Source of the DNA: an uncultured delta proteobacterium | GTDB lineage: Bacteria; Myxococcota_A; Polyangia; Polyangiales; Houyiibacteriaceae | Assembly: GCA_963712235.1 (NCBI GenBank) | Contig: CAVQHC010000007.1 | Location: 221,144 to 285,143 of the forward strand | Direction of reading: 5' to 3' | Length of the DNA: 64,000 bases | Shown here: piece by piece, positions 51,855 through 63,322 of the stretch | Layout: each line of letters starts with the position of its first letter | Numbering within the stretch: position 1 is the first letter of the stretch | Translations under genes and position numbers: made by a program | The notes under the pieces: model-generated | The model's database searches: none | What the model saw: the letters and a program-made list of their open reading frames with translations, nothing else | What the model was told of the DNA's origin: nothing

Positions 51855-54800
51855 TTACTCTTCCTCCGCGGCAAGGACGTCATCCGACCTGCGCCCCATT
51901 TGACTGGTCTCGACCAACTCGATGTTCAGGCAAAGTGCCTGAAGCTCCTTCATGAGGACGTTGAAGCTCTCCGGCAGTCCGGCTTCGAGCTGGTAGTCCC
52001 CCTTCACAATCGATTCGTACATGCGGGTGCGGCCCTGCACATCGTCGGACTTGACGGTCAGGAACTCCTGCAGCGCGTATGCCGCGCCGTAGGCTTCCAT
52101 CGCCCAGACCTCCATCTCGCCCAGCCTCTGCCCGCCGAACTGCGCTTTACCACCCAGCGGCTGCTGCGTGACCAGCGAGTAGGGACCGATGCTTCGTGCA
52201 TGGATCTTATCGTCGACCAAATGGTGCAGCTTGAGCATGTACATGATGCCCACGGTGACGTCCTCGTGGAACGCGTCGCCGGTACGCCCATCGAAGAGCA
52301 CTGTTTGACCATTGTCCTGCACTCCGGCGAGCCTGAGCAGATCTTTGATCTCCTCTTCGCTCGCGCCGTCGAAGACCGGTGTCGCCAGTTGAAGCCCGTG
52401 CTTCCAGCTCTTGGCCATCGCCGCGACCTCGCCATCAGGAAGCGCGTCGAGCACCTTCACGATGTCGCCGCCCTTGAAGATCGCCCGAATCCGCTCACGC
52501 AGCTCCGCAGCGCTGGCCTTGGTTTCGACCATCTCCTGCAGTTGCGTGCCGAGCAGATAGCCGGCCCAGCCGAGATGCGTCTCGAGAATCTGACCGACGT
52601 TCATACGGCTCGGCACACCAAGCGGGTTTAGAACGATGTCGACCGGCTTTCCGTTCGGAAGGTAGGGCATGTCCTCTTCGGGAAGAATTCGGCTGACGAC
52701 ACCCTTGTTACCGTGGCGACCGGCCATCTTGTCGCCGACCTGGAGCTTGCGCTTGATGGCGACGTAGACTTTCACCATCTTGATCACGCCCGGAGGAAGC
52801 TCGTCGCCCTTGCCGAGCTTGTCGATCTTCTCCTGGAAGAGCATCTTGACGGCATCGACTTGATCGTCGACCTGCTCGAGAATCGCGTCGGACTTCTCTT
52901 TGTCCTTGTCGACCTCGATGTGAGCCCAGTACTTGTGTGGGATCCCATCGAGATCCTCGTTCGTGATTTTGGCGCCCTTGGCGAGGAGCTCGGCGCCTTT
53001 GTCGCCAATCAGCTTCGCCGTCGTGGTGCTGCCCACGAAGTACTTGCGAACGCGATCATGGGCGGAGTCGAGAACGATCTTGATCTCGTCCGCCATGTCT
53101 TTTTCGAGCTTGGCACGCTCGGTCTCTTCGATTTGAAGCGAACGCTCGTCCTTCTCGGTGCCCTTGCGCGCAAACACGCGGGCATCGATGACGATCCCGG
53201 TCACACCGGGTGGCACCTTCAAGGAGGTGTCGCGTACGTCGCCTGCCTTCTCACCGAAGATGGCGCGAAGGAGCTTCTCCTCGGGAGAGAGCTGCGTTTC
53301 GCCCTTTGGCGTGATTTTGCCGACCAGGATGTCGCTCGAGCTCACCTCCGCTCCGATTCGGACGATGCCCGACTCGTCGAGGTCCTTGAGCGCCTCTTCG
53401 CCGACGTTCGGGATGTCTCGCGTGATCTCTTCCTTGCCGAGCTTCGTGTCGCGAGCGACGCACTCGAATTCCTCGATATGGACGGACGTGTAGACGTCGT
53501 CCTTGGCGATTCGCTCGGAGAGCAGAATCGAGTCCTCGAAGTTGTACCCGCCCCAGGGCATGAACGCGACGATCACGTTCTGGCCGAGAGCGAGCTCACC
53601 GCGATCCGTGCTCGGCCCGTCGGCGATGACGTCACCCGCCTTGACCCGGTCTCCGGGGCGAACGATCGGCGTTTGGTTGTACGCCGTATTTTGGTTCGAA
53701 CGCTGAAACTTGTTGAGGCGATAGATGTCAGGGAACGCGCCCGCAAGCCCTTCGGCCTTGACGACGATTCGCGTCGCGTCGACGGATTCGACCACGCCGT
53801 CCTGCTGCGCAACCACGCAAACGCCGGAGTCGCGCGCGACCCGTCCCTCGATGCCGGTCCCGGCGATCGGCGCGTGCGTTCGAACGCATGGAACAGCCTG
53901 ACGCTGCATGTTCGAGCCCATCAGGGCGCGGTTTGCATCGTCATGCTCGAGGAAGGGAATCAACGAAGCGGCGACCGAAACCAGCTGGTTCGGTGATACG
54001 TCCATCAACTGAACGGTCTTGGGCGGAACCATGACGAACTCGCCGTTGAAGCGCGCGCTGATCAACCTTCCTTCGAGCTTCCGGCTCAGGTGCGCGATTT
54101 TCGCGTTGGCCTGGGCGATGTAGTGCCCCTCTTCTTCGAGGGCGGAATACCAACGCACATGGTCATCGAGCACGATGCCGTCCTCGACTTTTCGGTAAGG
54201 CGTCTCGACGAAACCGTACTCGTTGACGCGCGCATAGGTCGAAAGTGACGCGATGAGGCCGATGTTCGGACCTTCCGGTGTCTCAATCGGACAGATGCGG
54301 CCGTAGTGAGTCGTGTGGACATCTCGAACCTCGAAGCCGGCTCGCTCGCGTGTCAAGCCTCCAGGCCCCAGCGCGGACAGACGCCTCTTATGGGTCACCT
54401 CGCTGAGCGGGTTGGTCTGGTCCATGAACTGCGAGAGCTGGCTCGAACCGAAGTACTCCTTCACGACGGCGCTCACGGGCTTTGCGTTGATCAAGTCGTG
54501 CGGCATGAGCGTCTCAATTTCTTGAGACATGTTCATGCGCTCTTTGATCGCGCGCTCCATGCGAACGAGGCCGATGCGGTACTGATTCTCCATCAGCTCG
54601 CCCACGGCTCGAACGCGGCGGTTGCCCAAGTGATCGATGTCGTCGACCGAGCCGCGGCCGTTCTTGAGCTCGATCAGGTTCTTCACCGTCTCGAGAATGT
54701 CGGTGTTCGTGAGCACCGTATGATCGAGATCCGGCCGCTCGTCCTCTGGGACCTCCTTGTAGAACTTGTAATTCAACTTGAGACGCCCGACCTGACTCAG

Positions 54801-56009
54801 GTCATAGCGCTCGGGGTTGAAGAACAGGTTGTTGAAGAGGTTTCTCGCCGTGTCGAGCGTGGGAGGATCGCCCGGACGCAGGCGTCGGTAGATCTCGAGG
54901 ATGCCCTCGTCTTGCGACTGCACCTTGTCGACGAGCAGCGTGTCGCGAAGATACGAACCGACGTTGAGGCCGTCGATGAAGAGCACCTTGAACTCGTTGA
55001 CGCCAGCTTCGTTGAGCGCATCGATGCGAGCCTCGGTGACCTCTTCGTTGACCGCGAGCAGAATCTCGCCCGTGTCCTCATCGATGACGTCCTCGGCGGC
55101 AACCTTGCCGATGACCTCGGTGAAGTCGATGGGCAGGTAGTCGAGGCCTGCTGACTTGAGCTTGCGAATCGCCGCACGGGTGAACTTGCGGTTCTTGCGG
55201 ACGAGCACGTCGTCGCCCACCGTGATGTCGTGCGTGGCGCGCTGGCCGGGCAAGAGCTCGTACTCGATCGACTTCGCGTACTGATCCTTCGAGAGGATGT
55301 AGATCGTCTCGGTGTCGTAGTAGTAGTTGAGGAGCTCCTGGGTGTTGTACCCGAGAGCCTTGAGCAGCACCGTGGCCGGCATCTTGCGGCGGCGGTCGAT
55401 GCGAACGTAGAGAAGGTCCTTCGGGTCGAACTCGAAATCGAGCCAGGAGCCACGGTAAGGAATGATGCGGGCCTGGTAGAGCAGCTTGCCGGAGGAGTGT
55501 GTCTTGCCACGGTCATGGTCGAAAAAGACACCGGGGCTTCGGTGAAGCTGGCTGACGACGACGCGCTCCGTCCCGTTGATGATGAACGTGCCGTTGACCG
55601 TCATCAGCGGGATCTCACCAAAGTAGACTTCCTGCTCCTTGATATCGCGGACGGCTCGCTCGGTGCTTTCACCGCCGGCGTCGTAGATGATGAGCTGGAT
55701 CGTCACTTTGATCGGCGCCGCGTAGGTCATCCCACGCTGCCGACACTCGTCGACGTCATACTTCGGCCTCTCGAGCGTGTACCCGCTGAAAACCAACTCG
55801 CTGGTTCCATTGAAGTCGCGAATCGGGAACACGCTGTTGAAGACGCCCTGAAGACCGGTGTTTTCCCGCTCGTCTCTGGGTACATCTGTTTGAAGGAATT
55901 TGTCGTACGAGCGCTTTTGAATGTCGATCAGATTCGGGATCTCGAGGATGTGCTCGATCTTCCCAAAGGAATGTCGCATTCGAAAGTTCGTCTGAATCGT
56001 CGCCGCCAT
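51855..56009 (-). CDS. rpoB: DNA-directed RNA polymerase subunit beta
   Basis: 1384-aa full-length match to beta. Sits 3 nt upstream of rpoC. Confidence 0.97.
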   Translation of the reverse strand: MAATIQTNFRMRHSFGKIEHILEIPNLIDIQKRSYDKFLQTDVPRDERENTGLQGVFNSVFPIRDFNGTSELVFSGYTLERPKYDVDECRQRGMTYAAPIKVTIQLIIYDAGGESTERAVRDIKEQEVYFGEIPLMTVNGTFIINGTERVVVSQLHRSPGVFFDHDRGKTHSSGKLLYQARIIPYRGSWLDFEFDPKDLLYVRIDRRRKMPATVLLKALGYNTQELLNYYYDTETIYILSKDQYAKSIEYELLPGQRATHDITVGDDVLVRKNRKFTRAAIRKLKSAGLDYLPIDFTEVIGKVAAEDVIDEDTGEILLAVNEEVTEARIDALNEAGVNEFKVLFIDGLNVGSYLRDTLLVDKVQSQDEGILEIYRRLRPGDPPTLDTARNLFNNLFFNPERYDLSQVGRLKLNYKFYKEVPEDERPDLDHTVLTNTDILETVKNLIELKNGRGSVDDIDHLGNRRVRAVGELMENQYRIGLVRMERAIKERMNMSQEIETLMPHDLINAKPVSAVVKEYFGSSQLSQFMDQTNPLSEVTHKRRLSALGPGGLTRERAGFEVRDVHTTHYGRICPIETPEGPNIGLIASLSTYARVNEYGFVETPYRKVEDGIVLDDHVRWYSALEEEGHYIAQANAKIAHLSRKLEGRLISARFNGEFVMVPPKTVQLMDVSPNQLVSVAASLIPFLEHDDANRALMGSNMQRQAVPCVRTHAPIAGTGIEGRVARDSGVCVVAQQDGVVESVDATRIVVKAEGLAGAFPDIYRLNKFQRSNQNTAYNQTPIVRPGDRVKAGDVIADGPSTDRGELALGQNVIVAFMPWGGYNFEDSILLSERIAKDDVYTSVHIEEFECVARDTKLGKEEITRDIPNVGEEALKDLDESGIVRIGAEVSSSDILVGKITPKGETQLSPEEKLLRAIFGEKAGDVRDTSLKVPPGVTGIVIDARVFARKGTEKDERSLQIEETERAKLEKDMADEIKIVLDSAHDRVRKYFVGSTTTAKLIGDKGAELLAKGAKITNEDLDGIPHKYWAHIEVDKDKEKSDAILEQVDDQVDAVKMLFQEKIDKLGKGDELPPGVIKMVKVYVAIKRKLQVGDKMAGRHGNKGVVSRILPEEDMPYLPNGKPVDIVLNPLGVPSRMNVGQILETHLGWAGYLLGTQLQEMVETKASAAELRERIRAIFKGGDIVKVLDALPDGEVAAMAKSWKHGLQLATPVFDGASEEEIKDLLRLAGVQDNGQTVLFDGRTGDAFHEDVTVGIMYMLKLHHLVDDKIHARSIGPYSLVTQQPLGGKAQFGGQRLGEMEVWAMEAYGAAYALQEFLTVKSDDVQGRTRMYESIVKGDYQLEAGLPESFNVLMKELQALCLNIELVETSQMGRRSDDVLAAEEE

Positions 56010-56207
56010 TAGAGAGACTCCTACCGAACCACTGCTACTGGAACCCTAAAGCCAAGAATTAAGAGACACGTGCGCGTCAAGGAGACCCTTCGGCCTCCCG
56101 CCGCGTCGCGGAAAGTCGTGAATGATGTGCTGCTCGAACCGGTGCTGCCCCGGCCGGGACGTTAACCCGGTCGGGCCCATGTGCCAAGTCGAGGCACAGG
56201 GCTCCGA

Positions 56208-56230
56208 GAAATAACCCCATAGGGTTATTT
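56208..56230 (-). terminator. hairpin AAATAACCC-(TATG)-GGGTTATTT overlapping the rplL stop (candidate rplL-rpoB attenuator)
   Basis: 9-bp stem read from the sequence. Its position corresponds to the partial terminator known between rplL and rpoB in other bacteria. Confidence 0.3.
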
Positions 56231-56608
56231 GACGGTGACCTTCGCGCCAGCTTCTTCGAGCTTCTTTTTGATTTCTTCGGCCTCTTCTTTTGAAACGGCC
56301 TCTTTGACAACTTTGGGAGCTGCTTCCACCAAGGCCTTGGCATCCGCCAAGCCCAGCTGGGTGATCTCGCGGATAGCCTTGATCACGTTGATCTTCTTGG
56401 CACCCGCTTCGGTCAGCTCGATGTCGAACTCGGTCTGCTCTTCGGCTGCCTCCGCAGCGCCGCCGCCAGCGGGTCCCGCTACGGCCACCGCTGCCGGTGC
56501 TGCCGAAACGCCCCACTTCTCTTCGAGCTCTTTGACCAGGTTCGCAACTTCCATGACAGTCCAGGAGCTGAGCTCTTCGACCATCTGTTCCACGTTCATA
56601 TTTGGCAT
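56225..56608 (-). CDS. rplL: 50S ribosomal protein L7/L12
   Basis: 127 aa with an Ala-rich hinge and the C-terminal domain [23 protein letters not shown]. Confidence 0.95.
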   Translation of the reverse strand: MPNMNVEQMVEELSSWTVMEVANLVKELEEKWGVSAAPAAVAVAGPAGGGAAEAAEEQTEFDIELTEAGAKKINVIKAIREITQLGLADAKALVEAAPKVVKEAVSKEEAEEIKKKLEEAGAKVTVK

Positions 56609-56659
56609 TCTTGACTCTCCGCTAACCGTGCGTGCGACACGGCTAAAGTTGTTGTTGGG

Positions 56660-57229
56660 TTACTCGCCTGCCTGTTTGCGCCGATACGCATCGAGAACGA
56701 GAGCGAGGTTTTGTGCCGGCGCATTGATCTGGCCGACCAGGTTCTGCATGGGCGCCATCAGCTGCGCGAGTAGTGAGGCGCGAATCTCATCCTTGCCCGG
56801 CAGTGAGGCGAGCTCTTTTTCGACGCGCTGCGCGTCCAAGACTTGGCCGTCGAGAAGCCCGCACTTCACGACGAGCTTCTCGTTTCCATCCTTCGGCTGA
56901 AGGATGTCGGTGTGCTCTTTGCGGAAGTTCTTGATTACTTTGGCGGCCGCCGAAGGATCTTCGAAGCTCCAGGCAATCGCCGTCGGGCCGGCTAGGTGCG
57001 CTGAGAACTCGTCGTTGTCGGCGAGCTCGGAGCCTTCCAGTGCTTTGCGAACGACGTTGTTCTTGACGACTTTGTACTCCACACCGGCATCGCGGAAACG
57101 AGCGCGAAGATCGGTGATGAGCTCGACGTTCACGCCACGAAAATCCACGAGGACAGTCGCTGTCGCATTCGCGAAGCTCTCGCGAACCGAGACGGCCTGA
57201 GCCGCTTTGTCTTCTCGTGTAAGCCTCAT
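56660..57229 (-). CDS. rplJ: 50S ribosomal protein L10
   Basis: 189 aa. Conserved operon position and sequence. Confidence 0.95.
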   Translation of the reverse strand: MRLTREDKAAQAVSVRESFANATATVLVDFRGVNVELITDLRARFRDAGVEYKVVKNNVVRKALEGSELADNDEFSAHLAGPTAIAWSFEDPSAAAKVIKNFRKEHTDILQPKDGNEKLVVKCGLLDGQVLDAQRVEKELASLPGKDEIRASLLAQLMAPMQNLVGQINAPAQNLALVLDAYRRKQAGE

Positions 57230-57231
57230 GA

Positions 57232-57930
57232 TTACGCCTCCACTTCTATAGTGCCGGGGTCAATCTTGATCCCGGGACCCATCGTAGAGCTCAAGGTGAT
57301 GCTGCGAAGGTAGGTCCCCTTCGCGGCAGCCGGCTTGGCCTTCACGAGCGCGCCAACCAGCGACTTCACATTGCCGGCGAGCTCTGACTCGCCAAAGGAT
57401 TTCTTGCCCACCTGCGCGTGAACGATGCCGGCCTTTTCGACGCGAAACTCGACCTTGCCAGCCTTGGCCTCGCGTACGGCTTTGCTCACGTCGAAGGTCA
57501 CGGTACCGACCTTGGGGTTCGGCATGAGGCCACGAGGACCGAGGACGCGACCGAGACGGCCAACCTGTCCCATCATGTCCGGAGTGGCGATCACAGTGTC
57601 GAAGTCGAGCCAGCCGTCGGTTATCTTGGCGACCAAGTCATCACCACCGACGAAATCCGCGCCGGCTTCCTCCGCCTCGCCCACCTTCTCGCCCTTGGCG
57701 AACACGAGAACGCGGTTGGTCTTCCCCGTCCCATGCGGCAAGACGACTGCACCTCGAACCATTTGGTCCGCGTGCTTTGGATCCACACCAAGCCGAACGG
57801 CGACGTCAACCGACTCGTCAAAACTGGCAAACGCCAACTCTTTGACGAGCGAGACCGCTTCTCTCAATGCGTAGCGCTGGCTTTTGTCGGGCAGCTGTAA
57901 TGCGCCCGCGCGCTTTTTTCCGGGTTTCAT
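57232..57930 (-). CDS. rplA: 50S ribosomal protein L1
   Basis: Starts MKPGKKRAG, preceded by AAGGAG. The ORF-track start at 58014 is an over-extension. Confidence 0.95.
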   Translation of the reverse strand: MKPGKKRAGALQLPDKSQRYALREAVSLVKELAFASFDESVDVAVRLGVDPKHADQMVRGAVVLPHGTGKTNRVLVFAKGEKVGEAEEAGADFVGGDDLVAKITDGWLDFDTVIATPDMMGQVGRLGRVLGPRGLMPNPKVGTVTFDVSKAVREAKAGKVEFRVEKAGIVHAQVGKKSFGESELAGNVKSLVGALVKAKPAAAKGTYLRSITLSSTMGPGIKIDPGTIEVEA

Positions 57931-58017
57931 TGTGACTCCTTGCGGCGACTTGAAGCCGCCTACCACCAACTGGGTGCCTGGGTGGTCCAGGTGAGCGAAA
58001 TCAATCGCTCCCAAGAG

Positions 58018-58440
58018 TTAGTCGACTAACTCGACCCCCATGGAACGCGCGGTTCCGATGATGCTCTGCATGCATGTCTCGAGCGAACCTGCGTTGGTAT
58101 CTTGAAGCTTGACCTGAGCGATTTCCTTCACCTGATCCAAGGTGATCTTGCCGACCTTGTCCTTGTTCGGGCGCGCAGAGCCCGACTCCAGATTCAACGC
58201 CTTCTTGATCAAGATGGCCGCAGGCGGCGTCTTCATGATGAAGGTGAAGGAGCGATCCTGGTAAACCGAGATCACCACCGGGATGATCAGACCCGCATCC
58301 TTCTGAGTCTTCGCGTTGAACTCCTTGCAGAACGCCATGATGTTGACGCCGTGCTGACCGAGCGCAGGCCCGACCGGCGGAGAAGGGTTCGCCTTCCCAG
58401 CAGGGAGCTGAAGTTTGATCTGTCCGATGACCTTTTTCAT
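58018..58440 (-). CDS. rplK: 50S ribosomal protein L11
   Basis: 140 aa, with the N-terminal domain [27 protein letters not shown]. Confidence 0.95.
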   Translation of the reverse strand: MKKVIGQIKLQLPAGKANPSPPVGPALGQHGVNIMAFCKEFNAKTQKDAGLIIPVVISVYQDRSFTFIMKTPPAAILIKKALNLESGSARPNKDKVGKITLDQVKEIAQVKLQDTNAGSLETCMQSIIGTARSMGVELVD

Positions 58441-58551
58441 GGATTCGGGCTTCTCCGGAGCGGCGAGTCATGCCTCAGGGCACGAATAATGCAAGCCGAT
58501 TTTTCTGAAATCAGGATCGCATCCGACACATCCCCATTTGGGGATGGCTAA

Positions 58552-59076
58552 CTAGTTGGTCTTTTCGACCTGGACGTAGTCCAGCTCGACCGGCGTGGCG
58601 CGGCCGAAGATCGAGACCAAAACGCGAACCTTGTGCTTCTCGTGGTTCACTTCTTCGATGGCCCCGGTGAAATTGGCAAACGCGCCACCGGTAACTCGAA
58701 CGTGGTCGCCCTTTTCGAACTCGACGCGCGGCTTCGGCTTGGCCGCGCCCTCTTCGACCTGCTGCTCGATCGCGGCGATCTCTCGCTCCGGAACCGGCGA
58801 CGGGTGACGACCTCCGACGAAGCCGTTGACCTTGGGCGTATCCTTGATGAGGTGCCAGGTCTGATCGTCGAGGTCCATCTGGACGAAGATGTATCCCGGG
58901 TAGAATGTGCGCGAGCTCAGGCGGGGCTTTCCGCCACGGCTCTCCTGGACGTTTTCCTTCGGGATGAGAATGTTCCCGAAACGCCCTTCCATACCGGCCT
59001 GTTTGATGCGCTCTTCCAGCGAGAGCTTCACTTTGCTTTCGTAACCCGAATAGGCCTGAACTACATACCACTTCAT
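58552..59076 (-). CDS. nusG: transcription termination/antitermination factor NusG
   Basis: 174 aa starting MKWYVVQAYSGYE, with a KOW motif (GDHVRVTGGAFANFTG). Confidence 0.95.
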   Translation of the reverse strand: MKWYVVQAYSGYESKVKLSLEERIKQAGMEGRFGNILIPKENVQESRGGKPRLSSRTFYPGYIFVQMDLDDQTWHLIKDTPKVNGFVGGRHPSPVPEREIAAIEQQVEEGAAKPKPRVEFEKGDHVRVTGGAFANFTGAIEEVNHEKHKVRVLVSIFGRATPVELDYVQVEKTN

Positions 59077-59081
59077 TGGAC

Positions 59082-59507
59082 TCACACGTTGTAAATGAGG
59101 TCGGTGATGTGGGACCAAACCGCGTCGTAAACGCCGAGAATGATTGCCGCGATCACGGACACGATGAGGACGACGACCGTCTGGGACCAGGTTTCCTTGC
59201 GCGTAGGCCAGCTCACTTTGGAAAGCTCGACGCAGACTTCGAGAACGAACGTATGAATCTTTTGAGAGCGATATGCGATGACCGCCGAGATGAAGGCTAC
59301 TAGGCCCGCTCCAACCGCGATCATCGTGCTGTCCGGCTCGGGAACCGCGTCGATGTTGTCGGCCAAGATGGTCCAGACGGCAGTGCTGCTCTTGATCAGA
59401 AACCAAGCCACCGTGATGGCGCCGGCAGCGTAGGCGAATTGCACCCATCGCTCTACCCCGAGCGTCCCGGTCGGCCTCGCTTTGTCTTGTTCGTTCGTAA
59501 TCGACAT
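59082..59507 (-). CDS. secE: preprotein translocase subunit SecE (three-TM form)
   Basis: C-terminal ELSKVSWPTRKE...TVVVL motif. Lies between tRNA-Trp and nusG. The start at 59507 avoids overlap with the tRNA. Confidence 0.85.
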   Translation of the reverse strand: MSITNEQDKARPTGTLGVERWVQFAYAAGAITVAWFLIKSSTAVWTILADNIDAVPEPDSTMIAVGAGLVAFISAVIAYRSQKIHTFVLEVCVELSKVSWPTRKETWSQTVVVLIVSVIAAIILGVYDAVWSHITDLIYNV

Positions 59508-59522
59508 CGTTGTTCCTCGCGG

Positions 59523-59596
59523 CAGGCCAGGAGGGATTCGAACCCACAACCCGCGGATTTGGAATCCGCTGCTCTACCAATTGGAGCTACTGGCCT
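59523..59596 (-). tRNA. tRNA-Trp (anticodon CCA)
   Basis: Cloverleaf folded by hand: acceptor AGGCCAG/CTGGCCT, D arm GCTC/GAGC, anticodon arm GCGGA-TTCCAAA-TCCGC. The T arm has one U-U mismatch. No encoded CCA. Confidence 0.9.
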
Positions 59597-59607
59597 AGAT
59601 GCGGGTC

Positions 59608-59769
59608 CTATTTACTCTCTTTATGTTCCGTGCGCTGGTTGCATTTGGGACAGAACTTTTTGAGCGTCAGTCTCTCCCTCTGGCCGGGCTTTCTCAACTT
59701 CGTCGTCTGGTAGTTGCGCGCACCGCACTCTTCACATGCGAGCGCGACCTTAACCCGCCTATCACTCAA
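59608..59769 (-). CDS. rpmG: 50S ribosomal protein L33 (Zn-ribbon, C+ form)
   Basis: 53-aa ORF absent from the ORF track: (M)SDRRVKVALACEECGARNYQTTKLRKPGQRERLTLKKFCPKCNQRTEHKESK. TTG start. Canonical position between tuf and tRNA-Trp. Confidence 0.85.
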   Translation of the reverse strand: MSDRRVKVALACEECGARNYQTTKLRKPGQRERLTLKKFCPKCNQRTEHKESK

Positions 59770-59807
59770 TGTCTTGCAGGGTCCCTATCTGTCGTACGTC
59801 CACCCTG

Positions 59808-60998
<1,191 letters not shown>

Positions 60999-61058
60999 CG
61001 TTCGTTCCCTACTTCGTCGTTCTTCTGAGTGGGTCGCTGGAACCCACGAAATCTGCGG

Positions 61059-61130
61059 AGCCCAGGATGAGACTTGAACTCACGACCTCCCCCTTACCAA
61101 GGGGGTGCTCTACCACTGAGCTACCTGGGC
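61059..61130 (-). tRNA. tRNA-Thr (anticodon GGU)
   Basis: Hand-folded cloverleaf: acceptor GCCCAGG/CCTGGGC, anticodon arm CCCCC-TTGGTAA-GGGGG, T arm GTGAG-TTCAAGT-CTCAT. Confidence 0.9.
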
Positions 61131-61147
61131 ATAGTCTGATTTGCGGG

Positions 61148-61220
61148 AGCGGGCGACCGGGCTCGAACCGGCGACATTCAGTTTGGAAAACTGAGGCTCT
61201 ACCAACTGAGCTACACCCGC
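61148..61220 (-). tRNA. tRNA-Gly (anticodon UCC)
   Basis: Acceptor GCGGGTG/CGCCCGC, anticodon arm TCAGT-TTTCCAA-ACTGA, T arm GCCGG-TTCGAGC-CCGGT. Confidence 0.9.
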
Positions 61221-61242
61221 GTAATCTCTTCGTTCATCTCCT

Positions 61243-61327
61243 GGTGGAGGGTGGTGGGTTCGAACCACCGTAGGCATAAGCCGGCAGATTTACAGTCTGC
61301 TCCCTTTGACCGCTCGGGCAACCCTCC
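61243..61327 (-). tRNA. tRNA-Tyr (anticodon GUA), long variable arm, encoded CCA
   Basis: Acceptor GGAGGGT/ACCCTCC, anticodon arm GCAGA-CTGTAAA-TCTGC, T arm GGTGG-TTCGAAC-CCACC, 3' ACCA. Confidence 0.9.
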
Positions 61328-61351
61328 ATGGTCATTCGTGTTTTCGCGTAG

Positions 61352-61424
61352 AGCTGGCGATGAGACTTGAACTCATAACCGCCGGTTTACAAAACCGGTG
61401 CTCTACCAATTGAGCTACGCCAGC
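61352..61424 (-). tRNA. tRNA-Thr (anticodon UGU)
   Basis: Acceptor GCTGGCG/CGCCAGC, anticodon arm CCGGT-TTTGTAA-ACCGG, T arm ATGAG-TTCAAGT-CTCAT. Confidence 0.9.
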
Positions 61425-61439
61425 ATGACGGCGGCGGCT

Positions 61440-61468
61440 GTACTACGTGCCGACCCCCGCGAAGTCAA
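61440..61468 (-). promoter_or_regulatory. candidate sigma-70 promoter of the tRNA-tuf operon (TTGACT-N17-TAGTAC)
   Basis: Minus strand: TTGACT at 61468-61463 and TAGTAC at 61445-61440. About 15 nt upstream of the mature 5' end of tRNA-Thr(UGU), with an A-rich tract upstream. Confidence 0.35.
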
Positions 61469-61530
61469 GGTAATCGGCGGTCCGTTTTTCACTACATAGA
61501 CTTACAGTTACGCACATTCGGCTCCGCGAA

Positions 61531-62766
61531 TCAGATGTCGAGGGTTTCGATCCGGTTCCTGCCCTTGGCCTTCGCGTCGTACATCGCGCTGTCGGAGGCA
61601 CCGAGGAGCGCATCGATCGCATCGCCGTGCTCCGGGAACGCGGCCACTCCGACGCTTGCGGTCACCGAGAGGTAAGGCGCGTTCGGGATCGTCATCTTCT
61701 GAACCGCGGCCCGGCAGCGCTCGGCAGCGCCCATCGCTTGCTCCAGGTCCGCTCCTGGTAGCAGAACGACGAACTCCTCTCCTCCGAATCGGCCTACGAT
61801 GTCTCCGGTGCGCAGGGCGGATTGCATCGCGCGCGTCGTCTGCTGGAGCACCAGGTCACCACATGCGTGCCCGTGCGCATCGTTGATGCGTTTGAAGTGG
61901 TCCAAGTCGAGCATCAAGACAGCCAAAGGCGCTCCGTCACGCGCAGCCTTGCGCACAGCACGTTCCATGACGCTCATTGCGAATCCGCGCGTGTACGCGC
62001 CGGTCAACGAATCGAGCTGCGCCGCTTCTGAAAGCAACCGTTCGTCCTGACGCCAGACCATGATCAGGTGATCCATGACGAGCGCGAGCGGGATGTAGAT
62101 GAGCGCCGCGGCGACGGCGCGCTCCGCGGCCACCTTCGCGATATCGGATTGCTCGAACGACACCTGGAACAGTGAGAGAAAGGGAAGCAGACCCACCTTG
62201 CTCGCAATGTGCATCGCGGACATCGAGAGCAGCCAGCCCCCCACCGCTATCCAGAGCCAGCGGCGTTCGAGCAGGACCATGCCCAAAAGAAGAGCGGCAA
62301 CCGTGATCAAGCCGCTGACCGCCGTGTACGGGCCGAGCGCGTAGCAGACGGCCGTGCCCGTAACGATGTGCGCCGCAATGGTCGTGAAGAGAAGCCGCGA
62401 GCTCTTGGTCCCGCGATGCACGCAGAATCGCCGCGTCCAGACGTAAAACCCGAGCCAGAAGAGCAGAGCCGCAATGCTGAGGATCGTCGTCGTACGCAAC
62501 GCGGCTTGGTCGTCCGGGCGTTGGAGCAGGAACGGCCAGCCATCGAGCACGGCAAAGGAGAAGGCGACGATCAGCATCAGAAGCGCGGTGAGAAACTGCA
62601 CGTAGAGCGAGCGGTCGCAGGCGTTCCAACCAAAGGGCGAACCCGCGGGCAGCAGCGGTCCGCGCAACGAGCTCAGCGATCCGGATGCGCGCGGATGAGC
62701 CCGGGTCTTCCCAGCGTTCGAGCTCGATGGAACTCGCGGTGGCCCGCTCTGTAGACTGACTGCCAT
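61531..62766 (-). CDS. membrane-anchored diguanylate cyclase (GGDEF domain)
   Basis: N-terminal polytopic region. C-terminal GGDEF domain with the RFGGEEF active site and DSLTGAYTR. The exact start is uncertain. Confidence 0.85.
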   Translation of the reverse strand: MAVSLQSGPPRVPSSSNAGKTRAHPRASGSLSSLRGPLLPAGSPFGWNACDRSLYVQFLTALLMLIVAFSFAVLDGWPFLLQRPDDQAALRTTTILSIAALLFWLGFYVWTRRFCVHRGTKSSRLLFTTIAAHIVTGTAVCYALGPYTAVSGLITVAALLLGMVLLERRWLWIAVGGWLLSMSAMHIASKVGLLPFLSLFQVSFEQSDIAKVAAERAVAAALIYIPLALVMDHLIMVWRQDERLLSEAAQLDSLTGAYTRGFAMSVMERAVRKAARDGAPLAVLMLDLDHFKRINDAHGHACGDLVLQQTTRAMQSALRTGDIVGRFGGEEFVVLLPGADLEQAMGAAERCRAAVQKMTIPNAPYLSVTASVGVAAFPEHGDAIDALLGASDSAMYDAKAKGRNRIETLDI

Positions 62767-62808
62767 GTCCCCTCTTTCAGGGTAGCAAGCAGAGACGAAA
62801 CGTGTTCA

Positions 62809-63177
62809 CTAAGCGGCGCTGTGGATGCCGATGGGCCGGGTCGCCAAGACGAGCTCTCGGACGCGAACCCAACGTCGAAGGGAATGCCAATGCGCGTTCG
62901 CCATGGCCAAGAAACGGATAGCCGTATCGTTGAAGAGGTACCCGTGCGTATCCCGAACGACCTCCGCCCCGATCCAAAGAGGCTCTGGCTCCCCCGGGAG
63001 GGTGAGCCGAATCTGCAGCCGATCCGAGCTTCGATTTCCGAGAATCGCCAATGAATCGAGAAGCAAGCCGTGCTCGCCAAGGCTGGTCACGAAGGCTGGC
63101 AAGACCTCGTCATCGGCGACCAGCTCCGCGTAGAGCGCCACCGGAAGCAGAGTTTCACGGTGCGCATCTGGGAGCAT
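62809..63177 (-). CDS. small PilZ-like protein (degenerate motifs), upstream of the cyclase
   Basis: 122 aa. Beta-barrel-like pattern with SLGEHGLLL resembling the PilZ DxSxxG region, but no clear RxxxR. The call leans on its position next to the GGDEF gene. Confidence 0.35.
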   Translation of the reverse strand: MLPDAHRETLLPVALYAELVADDEVLPAFVTSLGEHGLLLDSLAILGNRSSDRLQIRLTLPGEPEPLWIGAEVVRDTHGYLFNDTAIRFLAMANAHWHSLRRWVRVRELVLATRPIGIHSAA

Positions 63178-63322
63178 CGTCTTCGAAGCTACGGGGCGCC
63201 GCTGGCACGGGCAAAAAACCTGCCGGCGCGTCCAGCTCGAAATCGCAGTGATTCCAAAGGGCCGGGCCCCGTCTGGGGACCTGGTTTGACGGCGGGCGTA
63301 GGCCTGTGGTACCCGAAAATGA

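Noticed and set aside
59523-59596. A U-U mismatch in the T-stem of tRNA-Trp, as a possible sign of a pseudo-tRNA.
   Set aside because: All other arms, the CCA anticodon and the conserved rpmG/secE context are intact. A single mismatch, or a base error in this error-prone assembly, does not justify a pseudogene call.
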